A stretch of DNA of 64,000 nucleotides from Bacillota bacterium (GCA_012728375.1 JAAYFF010000003.1:5427-69426), one strand, 5' to 3'; positions 49,497-59,048 are shown, counted from the stretch's first letter. Notes: a model not told the origin generated them from the letters alone. Program-made: numbers and translations.

Positions 49497-51303
49497 TTTC
49501 TTCCAGGATGATTATATTGCCCCTGTAAAGTACCTTAGAGTCGTCCTCTAAATTCCCGCCGTACTGTTTCCATTCTGAATTCAAAATTTGTTTTCCTGAA
49601 TATTTTTCTATGTTAATCTCTTTATCTCCCAGGTTGCAAAGACCCCGCAGAAGAAGCCCTTCTCCCCGCCTTTCAATCTCCACCAGGCGGCTATCCGCAT
49701 GGACTTTTACAGAGGTTGCTTTTTTGTCGGGACGGCGAAGAACAGGATTGGTTTTACGCAAGTTAATTATGTCCTTATAAAAAGCAAACATCTGCCTGTT
49801 TTTTTCGTCCCAGTTTTCCCGGACGGTTAACTTGGAGCGATAAAACGTCTCTTCATCCACCGGATCCGGGAAGTCATTCCAGCCGAAAGAACGAAATTCA
49901 TCCTTTCTTCCTTTTGATACGGCTTCCCGCAACTTTGGATCCAGGTAATCCGCGAAAAAAAGAAAGGGTTGTTTTTCCGCGTATTCCTCTCCCATAAAGA
50001 GGAGGGGAAGGTAGGGAGCCATAAAGAGCAAACCAGCGGCAGCTTTGAGAAAGGGAAAGTCCACCAGTGCGCTGAGCCTCTCCCCCCAGGCGCGGTTGCC
50101 AACCTGATCGTGATTTTGTACGGAAACAACAAATTGGTAACCGGGGTTTTCGGAGGCATCGGTGCCGCGGTTTTTCTGCCAAAAACGGGAAAATTGCCCG
50201 GTATATAAAAAATTACTATAGACCTTCTCCAGGTCTTCCAAAGGGCCGTAATCTATATAGTAACCCTGATTTTCCCCGGTTAACGCGGTATGGATACAGT
50301 GGTGAAAGTCGTCCATCCATTGGGCGTCGAGATTGGCTCCGCCTTTTTCTGGCGGGTTGATTATTTTGATATTGTTTTCATCTGTTTCTGCAATCACATA
50401 AATTTTTCGCCCTTCTGCGGAGGCAACTGCCTTTGCTGTTTCAGCAATCTCTTGCAAAATATGTTTGGGACTCTGATCATAGATCGCGTGCACTGCATCC
50501 AGACGCAAACCATCAAAGTGGTATTTTTCCAGCCAGTAGCGAACATTTTGCAGCACAAGCCTGCGGGCTGCTTCACAGTGTTGATCATCATAATTTATGG
50601 CCTTGCCCCAGGGGGTGCTGTACTTGGAAGTAAGGTACGGCCCGTATACGGGAAGATAATTGCCTTCAGGCCCAAAATGATTGTACACAACATCAAGAAA
50701 AACGGCTATCCCTTTCTGGTGGCAAAGGTCAACAAGTTCTTTGAGATCATCGGGAGTGCCGTAATTATGTTGAACGCTGAAAAGGCAGGTTCCGTCATAT
50801 CCCCAGTTCCATCGACCCGGGGTTTGCGCTACCGGCATCAGCTCAACAGCATTTATTCCCAATTCCTGCAAGTATTCCAGCTTACCCGTGACGCCTTTAA
50901 ACGTTCCTTCCCGAGTAAATGTTCCCACGTGAAGCTCATAAAAAATCAGCTCTGATAATTCCTTTCCTTTCCAGCCGCTGTCTTTCCATGAATAGCTTTC
51001 GTGGTCAACTACTCTGGAAAAGCCGTGTACTCCTTTCGGCTGGTAATAGGAAAAAGGATCGGGGAAATCTCCTTCTTCCTCCAGGTGAAACTTGTATTCC
51101 AGAGGCGGTCCCAAACCCTCTGTTTCAACTTTATAAATGTTCGGTTCTTCTTCCTCCATGGGAATTAACCTGGTTTCTCCTCCTTGTTTGAGGAGCAGGC
51201 TGACGCCCTTTTTCTCAAAGGCATACACTCTAAATTCAATCCGCCATTTTTCTCGGTCTATAATATTTGCGCCCATTATCTTCATAGTATTAATATATCC
51301 CAT
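49489..51303 (-). CDS. treZ: Malto-oligosyltrehalose trehalohydrolase
   Basis: YELHVGTF, WGYDG, DVVYNHFGPEGNYL, GLRLDAVH, QNHDQVGNR. Confidence 0.93.
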   Translation of the reverse strand: MGYINTMKIMGANIIDREKWRIEFRVYAFEKKGVSLLLKQGGETRLIPMEEEEPNIYKVETEGLGPPLEYKFHLEEEGDFPDPFSYYQPKGVHGFSRVVDHESYSWKDSGWKGKELSELIFYELHVGTFTREGTFKGVTGKLEYLQELGINAVELMPVAQTPGRWNWGYDGTCLFSVQHNYGTPDDLKELVDLCHQKGIAVFLDVVYNHFGPEGNYLPVYGPYLTSKYSTPWGKAINYDDQHCEAARRLVLQNVRYWLEKYHFDGLRLDAVHAIYDQSPKHILQEIAETAKAVASAEGRKIYVIAETDENNIKIINPPEKGGANLDAQWMDDFHHCIHTALTGENQGYYIDYGPLEDLEKVYSNFLYTGQFSRFWQKNRGTDASENPGYQFVVSVQNHDQVGNRAWGERLSALVDFPFLKAAAGLLFMAPYLPLLFMGEEYAEKQPFLFFADYLDPKLREAVSKGRKDEFRSFGWNDFPDPVDEETFYRSKLTVRENWDEKNRQMFAFYKDIINLRKTNPVLRRPDKKATSVKVHADSRLVEIERRGEGLLLRGLCNLGDKEINIEKYSGKQILNSEWKQYGGNLEDDSKVLYRGNIIILEEII

Positions 51304-51575
51304 CTAAATCAAAAATACTATTTTAAAAAAAGACGGGTCCGGTTTGTTTGGGTATAAAATGATTTGACCCGGTAATAATGGAATTATCAGGCATTTAATT
51401 TTAGCTAAAGAAAAGTACTTTGCTTTGGAATGATGGAGGAAACCGGTTGAATTTAGCGAATATGTATATGTCAGAAAATACAAGGTCTTTGAAAATAAGA
51501 ATTGCTTGAAAAAGGAAAAAGGAAAAGCGGCATGTTATATATTTTCGCTGAAAGATTTTACTAGGAGGATCATCG

Positions 51576-52034
51576 ATGGCCTTAGACACTATCAAACAGC
51601 AGATCTCCGAAGCGTCATTACGTGAAGAAAAATTGGTTATTCTCGTGGGCCCCCCGGGCAGCGGGAAGAGCCGCATCCTTCGTCAACTTAGCAAAAAAAA
51701 TAATTATCTTAATTTAAGCGAGGAGCTGTCCAGGAGATTGCTTTCTATTCCTCGGGAAAAACGTCCTGAACAGGTCTTTTACTTGTTGCAGGAGATTGTA
51801 GAATCTCAACAAGAGTCTGTATTGCTTTTTGATAATATTGAAATTCTCTTTCTTCCGGAGCTGGATCTGGAACCGTTAAAGGTCCTGTCCAAACTAAGCC
51901 GGGAGAAAACTATTGTTGCGGCATGGGTAGGGTCTTTTGACGGTTCTCAGCTCATCTGGTCCGAACCGGGAAGACCGGACTACAAAGTGTTTTCCACAGA
52001 TAAGGATTACTTAATAACGCCGATTTTGGATTAA
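51576..52034 (+). CDS. brxF: BREX-3 system P-loop protein BrxF-like, orphan
   Basis: ILVGPPGSGKS, DNIEILFLPEL..EPLKVL..LSREKTIVAAW.G, SEPGRPDY. Confidence 0.8.
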   Translation: MALDTIKQQISEASLREEKLVILVGPPGSGKSRILRQLSKKNNYLNLSEELSRRLLSIPREKRPEQVFYLLQEIVESQQESVLLFDNIEILFLPELDLEPLKVLSKLSREKTIVAAWVGSFDGSQLIWSEPGRPDYKVFSTDKDYLITPILD

Positions 52035-52140
52035 TAATTGTTGTTTGCCGCTGATTTGGTTAAAAAAAAGGGAGGCAACATTTAGTTTTTTGTCCTCCCT
52101 TTAATATTTTAATCTTAGCGTTGAGCAAAGAAACTAATTG

Positions 52141-52971
52141 CTAACGGAAAAAGACATGATTACCGATTACGGTAGTTACCTGCTGTTGCCGTACCCATTG
52201 ATTGCCGGTCTTTTTAGGATTGTAAAATCCAAGGGCATTTCCCGAGGGATCCCATCCCTTCAAGGCATCATAAACAGCATTATAAGCCGTCTCTCCGGCA
52301 GGCAGATTAATGCGACCGTCAAGCACCGGGCTGTACTGATAATAACCGTTGATAACCTGATTAATAACGCCGCTGAGGGTATTGGGATAAAGATGGCTTT
52401 CAAGACGGTTTAAAACCGTTGCTGCGACGGCAACTTGTCCAATGTAAGGTTCGCCGGCAGACTCGGAATGGACCAGTCTGGCGAGCAAATCAATTTCCTG
52501 CGCTGAAAAACCCCATGATGTAGCCGTTCTTCCCCCACGGGAAGCCAGGTTGCTGCTCAGGGGCTTCTGCGAACTTTGTTTAGGGAGCACAATTTTTTGA
52601 CCGGGTAACAGATAATAAGGATCAATGCCCGGATTTGCCTTGAGGATATCCTGCAGATCAATGTTATACCTAATAGAGAGATGCCATAAAGTTTCTCCTT
52701 TTTGTATTATATGTACTCCTTCTCCTTCGGGTATAGTCAGGACTTGTTCCGGGTAAATTATCCAGGGAGAACTTAAATTATTTGCCGCGGCAATTTCCTG
52801 GACAGTGCTATTATACCTTCGGGCCAGCAGCCAGAGGTTATCGCCCGGCATGACCCGGTGAGTAGCACCCTGGGCAATACCTTCTTCCAGAAACAAAATA
52901 AGTAAACCCAGAATTACAAAAATCGCTACTTTTTGCTTGGTGCCTCGAAAGAAAAGCCGTCGTAATTCCAT
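52141..52971 (-). CDS. LysM-LysM-cell wall hydrolase (SleB/CwlJ-like)
   Basis: Signal/TM, two LysM repeats, LARLVHSESAGEPY.GQVAVA, IGNHVF. Confidence 0.9.
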   Translation of the reverse strand: MELRRLFFRGTKQKVAIFVILGLLILFLEEGIAQGATHRVMPGDNLWLLARRYNSTVQEIAAANNLSSPWIIYPEQVLTIPEGEGVHIIQKGETLWHLSIRYNIDLQDILKANPGIDPYYLLPGQKIVLPKQSSQKPLSSNLASRGGRTATSWGFSAQEIDLLARLVHSESAGEPYIGQVAVAATVLNRLESHLYPNTLSGVINQVINGYYQYSPVLDGRINLPAGETAYNAVYDALKGWDPSGNALGFYNPKKTGNQWVRQQQVTTVIGNHVFFR

Positions 52972-52985
52972 ATTTAACCTCCTGT

Positions 52986-53092
52986 AATATTATGTTAACT
53001 TTTTTTAATTATATAAAAAAAAAAGAACTTGGCAACTTTGGTAATCCATGCCCAGTCCTTCTTATTAAGAACGGCAAATATTATGTTAACTT
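52986..53092 (-). promoter_or_regulatory. Tandem duplicated sporulation-sigma-type promoter elements
   Basis: 16-bp direct repeat AATATTATGTTAACTT (52986, 53077); on minus each reads TTATATA/TTTATTT-N15-CATAATAT, resembling sigE/sigG promoters. Confidence 0.45.
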
Positions 53093-53138
53093 ATTTTAAT
53101 AAATAAATAAAAATTCAGGGTAATGGTAAATACCGGGA

Positions 53139-53270
53139 TTAAAATAACGAGCGGATAAAGGGGAAAAGATGGCGGCTGATAAAGTAAAGGACAATAATTA
53201 TTCCCAGTAACCAGGCGCCATAGCGGATGGCTGCATAGCTGATAGCCTTTGTTTCCTGTCTGTCATCCAT
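53139..53270 (-). CDS. Small single-TM membrane protein (43 aa)
   Basis: MDDRQETKAISYAAIRYGAWLLGIIIVLYFISRHLFPFIRSLF with AAGGAG RBS; absent from the ORF track. Confidence 0.7.
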   Translation of the reverse strand: MDDRQETKAISYAAIRYGAWLLGIIIVLYFISRHLFPFIRSLF

Positions 53271-53300
53271 AAAAACACTCCTTAATTTAAGAAGTAATTT

Positions 53301-53415
53301 TAAATTTGTTTTTACACCTTGCTCTGGAACAAAACCGTGGTGAAGCGCTTTCTTGTGCGTAATGGCACTTAAGGAAGCGCATCACCTGCGGCCAAGAAGA
53401 GGAGCTTAAAATTTA
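53301..53415. ncRNA. Candidate structured RNA (long imperfect hairpin)
   Basis: Core 53335-53391 pairs CCG/CGG, GGTGA/TCACC, GCGCTTT/GAAGCGC, CTT/AAG, GTGC/GCAC; outer GCTC/GAGC and TAAATTT/AAATTTA. Confidence 0.4.
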
Positions 53416-53477
53416 TCTGGAAAGGGAAAATAACTACTAAATGCCTAATTTAAAAGCAGGTGAAAGGCGCCTGGTTG

Positions 53478-53660
53478 TTACTTTCTTAAGTCTCTACTGC
53501 ATAACGAGGAATCGCTGTCGCAGATGTTATTCTTTTCCTGGCGAAGTTTTTCTTCAAAATCAAAATCTCTGCTTGCTTCCATTTTCGTATTATCAATACG
53601 TTTTCCTCTCTTGCTGTAGTTTGGTTTTTGCTCTCTGCCTTTATTATATTTTTTGGCCAA
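53478..53660 (-). CDS. Small hydrophilic protein (60 aa), possibly spore-associated
   Basis: TTG after AAAGGAGG; MAKKYNKGREQKPNYSKRG...MEASRDFDFEEKL. Confidence 0.55.
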   Translation of the reverse strand: MAKKYNKGREQKPNYSKRGKRIDNTKMEASRDFDFEEKLRQEKNNICDSDSSLCSRDLRK

Positions 53661-53805
53661 TTTTATCCCTCCTTTCGTTACCTTTATTTTTTGCGAAAAT
53701 AACACTTCTATTCCCCAGTTTTTATGGTAAGATATATTAAAAGAAAATTTTTTTATTTTCCTTAGACTCCACAGGGAGATTGTTATCCCGGAAGGGGGGA
53801 TGTTT

Positions 53806-54246
53806 ATGCTGTTGGAAATGAAAGTGAAAACCGTAACAGTAGACAGGAGCGGCGGCTTTCTTGTTTTATTAACCGATAATGAGGTTAAGAAAGTCTTGCC
53901 AATTTCCATCGGACCATTTGAGGCGCAATCCATTGCCCTTGTTTTAGAGGGTGTTCAGCCGCCGCGCCCACTATCTCATGATCTGTTGAAAGTTCTATGC
54001 GAACAATTGGGGGGAGAATTAAAGAAGGCAGTAATCACCGATATCCGGGAAAACACTTTTTATGCCGAACTTTATATACAGAAAAATGATGAATTTATTG
54101 TGATCGATTCCAGACCGAGCGATGCTATTGCTTTTGCTCTTCGCTGCGGTGCATCGATTTTTATGGCGCCGAAATTAGTTGAATTTACTTATGATTACGA
54201 AGATCTTATACGGGCAGACAATCAAGAAAATGAAGAAACTCATTAA
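53806..54246 (+). CDS. Bifunctional nuclease family (DUF151) protein
   Basis: LPISIGPFEAQSI, PRPLSHDL, DSRPSDAIAFALR. Confidence 0.92.
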   Translation: MLLEMKVKTVTVDRSGGFLVLLTDNEVKKVLPISIGPFEAQSIALVLEGVQPPRPLSHDLLKVLCEQLGGELKKAVITDIRENTFYAELYIQKNDEFIVIDSRPSDAIAFALRCGASIFMAPKLVEFTYDYEDLIRADNQENEETH

Positions 54247-54261
54247 AAAGGAAGTGTTCTA

Positions 54262-55053
54262 ATGACAGGGAGAGAGAATACTGGAAATGAAAAAATTGCC
54301 GCTTTGGCACGCTTTTTAGCTGAAAGCCGGGAGACGGTAATTTTTACAGGTGCCGGGATCAGTACTGAATCCGGTTTGTCTGACTTTCGCAGTCCCGGTG
54401 GGATTTGGGATCGTTTCGATCCCGACGAACTTTCCTATCCAAGGTTTATCTCCAGCCAGGAGAGCAGACGAAATTACTGGAAATTTTACCGTGAGTACTG
54501 GAAGGAGGCCCTGGGCGTTGAACCAAATCGCGCCCACCTCGCCGTGGCAAAATTGGAAAAGTTGGTAAATTTATCGGCTGTTGTCACCCAGAATATTGAC
54601 GGCTTGCATCAGAAAGCGGGGAATAGTCCGGAAAAGGTATTTGAACTTCACGGAAATATGTGGGAAGTCCGCTGCCTTTCCTGTAACGATCTTTATCCCT
54701 GGGAGGATATCCTTAAGCTTCTGGAAGAGGGAAAAGAAGTTCATAACTGCCGACTTTGCGGCGGCCTTTTAAAACCGACAACTGTTTCCTTCGGCCAGTC
54801 GCTGCCGGAGGGCGCGCTCAGGGAAGCCCAGAGACTGAGCGGGCGCTGCGATCTTTTACTTTGTATCGGTTCGTCCCTCGTCGTTTACCCCGCGGCTTAT
54901 CTCCCGGAACAGGCGAAAAGAGGAGGAGCAAAGTTGGTTATCCTTAACAGGGAGCCGACACCCCTTGACAGGATTGCAGACCTCGTCATCCACGGCGAAG
55001 CGGGGGATGTCTTGTCTCGGGTTGTCGAAGCCGTAGAAACAAAAAGCTATTAG
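54262..55053 (+). CDS. NAD-dependent protein deacylase (sirtuin)
   Basis: TGAGISTESG, TQNIDGLHQKAG, ELHG, CxxC...CxxC, GSSLVVYPAA. Confidence 0.95.
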   Translation: MTGRENTGNEKIAALARFLAESRETVIFTGAGISTESGLSDFRSPGGIWDRFDPDELSYPRFISSQESRRNYWKFYREYWKEALGVEPNRAHLAVAKLEKLVNLSAVVTQNIDGLHQKAGNSPEKVFELHGNMWEVRCLSCNDLYPWEDILKLLEEGKEVHNCRLCGGLLKPTTVSFGQSLPEGALREAQRLSGRCDLLLCIGSSLVVYPAAYLPEQAKRGGAKLVILNREPTPLDRIADLVIHGEAGDVLSRVVEAVETKSY

Positions 55054-55075
55054 CTGGAAGACGGCTTGCTACTAT

Positions 55076-56923
55076 TTAGTTAGCAAGCCTTTTCTTTGAA
55101 ATAAAAATGTCATGCCAGAGAAGGAAAATAAGGATGGTCCACAGTTTTCTGCTGGCGTCTTTTTTCCCGTTAACATGATCAACTAATAGTTGTCTTACGT
55201 TTCTCCGGTTGAACCAGTTTCCCCCTTCACCAGCCAGGAGATCCTGAAAGAGTTCCTGGAAGTCAGGACGCTTCATCCACTGCCTTGTCGGCACGGGAAA
55301 GCCCCGTTTGGGCCGGTTCAGGGCTTCCGGGGGCAGAATCCCCTTGAAAGCTTTCCGCAGCGCGGCTTTGGTTGTCTTGCCTTGAATTTTATATTTTGAG
55401 GGAATTGTTGCTGCGAATTCAAAGACGTGGTGGTCCAGATAGGGGACGCGGAGTTCCAGGGAATTGGCCATGGTCATTTTATCGGCCTTGGCCAGAATGT
55501 CTCCGGGCATCCAGGTATTAAGATCGATATACTGCATACGGGTTACATCGTCAAGATGGGATGATTCCCTGTAAAGACGATCCGTAATCCGGAAGGGCGA
55601 GGAATTTTTATGCAGTTGTGCAATTGACAGCTTTTCCAGCGGTGTAAAGATATAGGCATTGCCTAGAAACCTTCTCTCAAGGGGGCGCTTCGTTCTGGCA
55701 AGGTAGTTTTTTCCGGGAATTCCCGGAGGCAGCAGCCTTTCCGCAAGGTGGAAAGTTTTTTGAAGCGGTGACGGCAGTTTCTGGAAAATGTCCAGAGCCT
55801 GAGGTTCACGGTAAATGCCGTACCCGCCAAAGACTTCATCGGCACCTTCCCCGGAAAGGGTTACGGTAATCTTTTGTTTAGCCATGCGCGCGACAAAAAA
55901 CAGGGATATCGCGGCCGGGTCAGCTACCGGTTCGTCAAAATGCCAGATCAGGCGGGGAAGATGTTGCAAAAAATCATTTGGGGTGATGATGTATTCGTGG
56001 TGGTCTGTTTCCAGAAACCTTGCCGTTTCCCTGGCTTCTTTCAGCTCGCTGTACGCTTCTTCGCTGTAACCCACACTAAAGGTGGAGATGGGCTCCAGTT
56101 CCCGGGCTAGCGCGGCAATGATGGCAGAATCAACGCCGCTGCTTAAAAAAGCACCTCTTTGAACATCGCAGTTCAAGTGGAGTTTAACTGATTCTCTGAG
56201 TTTTTCCCTGATTCCTTCCAGGTAATATTCTTCCTGCTCCTCTGATGGTGCGAAGCGGATCTGCCAGTAACGGGATATTTGCAAAGGCCTTCCGGATGAT
56301 TTAAGGAAGAAATGACCCGGCGGGAGGCGGTAAATTCCTGAAAACATTGTTTCCGGTTCGGGAACATACTGGTATGTAAGGTAATCCCAAAAGGCATCTT
56401 CGCTAACCTGGGCCGAAAAAAAAGGCAGTTCCAGCAAGGCCTTAATTTCGGAGGCAAAGGCCAGGGTTCCGTTTTTTTCAAAGTAATAAAAGGGTTTAAT
56501 GCCAAAGCGATCCCGGGCTCCAAAAAGCTGCCTTCTCTTTCTGTCCCAGAGGACAAAGGCAAACATGCCCCGCAAGTCATCAAGGCATTTTGTATTTTTC
56601 TCCTCGTACAGATGGACAATAACCTCAACATCGCTGCGGCTGGAAAAACGGTGTCCCTTGTTCGTCAGTTCCTTTCGCAGGGACTTGAAGTTGTAAATTC
56701 CCCCGTTGCAGAAAAGGCAGATACTCCGGTCTTCGTTATATATGGGCTGACTACCTGTCAGCAGGTCGATGATTTTAAGCCGGCGAAATCCTATTCCCAC
56801 ATTTTCTGCCAGCAGATGAGTGCCTTCGTCGGGTCCCCGGTGAAGCATTTTGTCCCGCATTTTTAAAATCAGGTTTTCTTCAACCCTGCCCGTCTCCCGG
56901 AAAAATCCACAAAAACCGCACAT
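55076..56923 (-). CDS. asnB: Asparagine synthase (glutamine-hydrolysing)
   Basis: MCG N-terminal nucleophile at 56923, HRGPD, RDRFGIKP, LSSGVDS, SGEGADE. Confidence 0.93.
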   Translation of the reverse strand: MCGFCGFFRETGRVEENLILKMRDKMLHRGPDEGTHLLAENVGIGFRRLKIIDLLTGSQPIYNEDRSICLFCNGGIYNFKSLRKELTNKGHRFSSRSDVEVIVHLYEEKNTKCLDDLRGMFAFVLWDRKRRQLFGARDRFGIKPFYYFEKNGTLAFASEIKALLELPFFSAQVSEDAFWDYLTYQYVPEPETMFSGIYRLPPGHFFLKSSGRPLQISRYWQIRFAPSEEQEEYYLEGIREKLRESVKLHLNCDVQRGAFLSSGVDSAIIAALARELEPISTFSVGYSEEAYSELKEARETARFLETDHHEYIITPNDFLQHLPRLIWHFDEPVADPAAISLFFVARMAKQKITVTLSGEGADEVFGGYGIYREPQALDIFQKLPSPLQKTFHLAERLLPPGIPGKNYLARTKRPLERRFLGNAYIFTPLEKLSIAQLHKNSSPFRITDRLYRESSHLDDVTRMQYIDLNTWMPGDILAKADKMTMANSLELRVPYLDHHVFEFAATIPSKYKIQGKTTKAALRKAFKGILPPEALNRPKRGFPVPTRQWMKRPDFQELFQDLLAGEGGNWFNRRNVRQLLVDHVNGKKDASRKLWTILIFLLWHDIFISKKRLAN

Positions 56924-57092
56924 TATGTATCTCTCCTCTTTGCCTTCCCCTTTGGGAAGGGGGTTAACCAACGTTTTATGATATGAAAACAGCAGAATTT
57001 TGGTTACGAATTTGACCCTAGTTGGGGCAAAAATAAACCTGCTTGTAAAAAGCAGGTTTATTGTCTTTAAGAGCCGAGGAGCGTTGTGCAGA

Positions 57093-58184
57093 TTAATAAA
57101 CAGCAGTTTTTTCCGGAGCCTTGCCTGTTTGTATGCTGTGCGGTTCCTCATCTACGGGAATAATGGCTTCCTCGCTGATTGATTTAAGGAGATCCAGAAC
57201 TGTTTTTGTATCTCCGTAACCCATTTCAGGCGTAACGAAAAGGGGTTCACCATGGAATTTAGAGTTGTAAAAATTTAAAAGCTCATTGTAATATCCTCGT
57301 TGCGGTGTATAGGGAACTTGTTCCGAAGTACCGTTGTTGTAGGCGATGTTAATGACCCCGCAATCCCTATTTTCCAGGTATATCATCCCTTCAGTGCCAA
57401 AAATGCGCAAGCCGATAAAGGGGGCTTGTGCTTCTTTTCCCGCGCAAAAAAATGAAAATAACCCGGGGATACCGTTTTTAAAGAGCAGGTTTACTGTGAC
57501 GACAGAATAAGGGGAGTAAGGTGCCTCCTGCGGCTTACCAAAAGCCTGCAGCCTGTCAATGGCACCGAAAATGTGCCTGAGCGCAGCCAGATCATGTATT
57601 CCGGAATCAAGTATGGCTCCCCCCGGATATTCCGGATACTGCCGCCATTCTCTGGCAGGAAATTTATCTTGTGTCATTTCATCAGGGAAATTGAGAATGC
57701 GGTTGTAGATAAAATAGTAGATATCGCCGATTTTCTTTTCCCTGACCATATCCCTGATCATGTTGGTTTCATCATTATAACGATAGTTTTCTGCGATCAT
57801 GATCGACACATTATACTTCTCCGGCAGTTTTTTATGGGCTTCTGCATCTTTAAGATTGCTGGCTGACGGTTTTTCACAGATAATGCCTTTTCCTGTTCCG
57901 GAAATTCCACGGGCTACTTCTTCAGTTACAATATAGTTGAGGGGAATGGGAACCATGATATCAAAAAGATCAATATCTTTTCGACCGATCATGTCATGGA
58001 AGTCTTCGTAAATATTTTCTTCCCCCAAGCCCAAAATTTTTCCCCAGTAGTAAGCTTTTTCCAGATTGGTATCGCAAAGAGCGACAATTTTAAAGCGGTC
58101 AGACAGTTCTTTTAAAGCGGGGTAGTGCAGTTTTTCGAAGGCCATGCCTACACCAATAATGCCCACATTTAGCTGTTGTGCCAT
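57093..58184 (-). CDS. Gfo/Idh/MocA family oxidoreductase
   Basis: VGIIGVG Rossmann motif, CEKP, AENYRY, GGAILDSGIHD. Confidence 0.9.
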   Translation of the reverse strand: MAQQLNVGIIGVGMAFEKLHYPALKELSDRFKIVALCDTNLEKAYYWGKILGLGEENIYEDFHDMIGRKDIDLFDIMVPIPLNYIVTEEVARGISGTGKGIICEKPSASNLKDAEAHKKLPEKYNVSIMIAENYRYNDETNMIRDMVREKKIGDIYYFIYNRILNFPDEMTQDKFPAREWRQYPEYPGGAILDSGIHDLAALRHIFGAIDRLQAFGKPQEAPYSPYSVVTVNLLFKNGIPGLFSFFCAGKEAQAPFIGLRIFGTEGMIYLENRDCGVINIAYNNGTSEQVPYTPQRGYYNELLNFYNSKFHGEPLFVTPEMGYGDTKTVLDLLKSISEEAIIPVDEEPHSIQTGKAPEKTAVY

Positions 58185-58323
58185 CAGTTTCCCTCCAGTC
58201 ATAAACTCGTTATCAAAGAGGCGCAAGTTTATTATTTGCTTTAGAGGCGTAAGTATTCGGCCTTAATTATCTTCTTTGAAATAAGGCGCATATTTTACGA
58301 AGGAAAAGTTAAAGACTAGTAAA

Positions 58324-58971
58324 ATGGAAAGAAGCAACATCGGGGATAGAAACATAAACAAAAAAGCAGCTAAGACCTTTATTAAGCAAAGGGACCGTTT
58401 CAGCGGAAAGGATTATCTCTTCAGCATTATCGGGTATCATCTGGCAGCTGTCCTGGAAAAACAAAAACCTGCGGTCCTTCTTTCATTTAATAATACCAGG
58501 CGCAATTTGTTTCATTTGTGGAACAAGTATAAAGCAGCATTTCCTTCTTCCGGTCGGTTAAAATACTTTGAAATAAAATCGAGCCCGCAAAGGATTTGTG
58601 TATTATTCTATAATCCGCTCATTTTACATCTTACTTTGAAGCAAGAAAAGACAATAAGTTTATTAAAGGAATATGGTTATTCCGAACAAATGACCATTGA
58701 TGAATATCTCCTTCATTTAAAAACCCGCTTTAACACAACGGGCTTCCCCCACGAGATCGGTGTTTTTTTGGGTATTCCAGCGGAGGATGTGCTAGGCTTT
58801 ATCACAAATAAAGGAAAAAACTATAAATCCTGCGGTTATTGGAAAGTTTATGTTGACCCTTTCGGAGCAAAAAAAATTTTTAACCGTATTGCAGAGGCAA
58901 AAAGCCGCTACACTCAATTCTTACAACGTGGGATTTCCCCAGGTGATTACCTGGAACGCTACTATTATTAG
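58324..58971 (+). CDS. DUF3793 family protein
   Basis: KPAVLL, FPHEIGVFLGIPAEDVLGFI, CGYWKVY. Confidence 0.88.
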   Translation: MERSNIGDRNINKKAAKTFIKQRDRFSGKDYLFSIIGYHLAAVLEKQKPAVLLSFNNTRRNLFHLWNKYKAAFPSSGRLKYFEIKSSPQRICVLFYNPLILHLTLKQEKTISLLKEYGYSEQMTIDEYLLHLKTRFNTTGFPHEIGVFLGIPAEDVLGFITNKGKNYKSCGYWKVYVDPFGAKKIFNRIAEAKSRYTQFLQRGISPGDYLERYYY

Positions 58972-59048
58972 TGAAGCATGGGGACGGTTCTTCTGCTTCA
59001 TTTTTAGAATGAAGCAGAAGAACCGTCCCCATGCTTCACATGCTTCAC
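58971..59048. repeat. 32-bp perfect inverted repeat (REP-like) with a 9-bp terminal tandem duplication
   Basis: Arms 58971-59002 and 59008-59039 around a TTTAG loop; ATGCTTCAC repeated at 59031 and 59040. Confidence 0.9.

Noticed and set aside
50290-50955. 221-aa + strand ORF
   Set aside because: Antisense shadow of treZ.
6895-52034. Methyltransferase plus brxF forming a BREX system
   Set aside because: They are about 44 kb apart, the MTase is short and not PglX-like, and there is no pglZ or brxC.
53661-53933. N-terminal part of the 151-aa ORF 53478..53933
   Set aside because: Antisense to DUF151 and its promoter region; only the last 60 codons follow an RBS.
56924-57151. Long N-terminal extension of asnB in the ORF track
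   Set aside because: The Ntn-amidotransferase needs Cys2; the true start is the ATG of MCGFCG at 56923.
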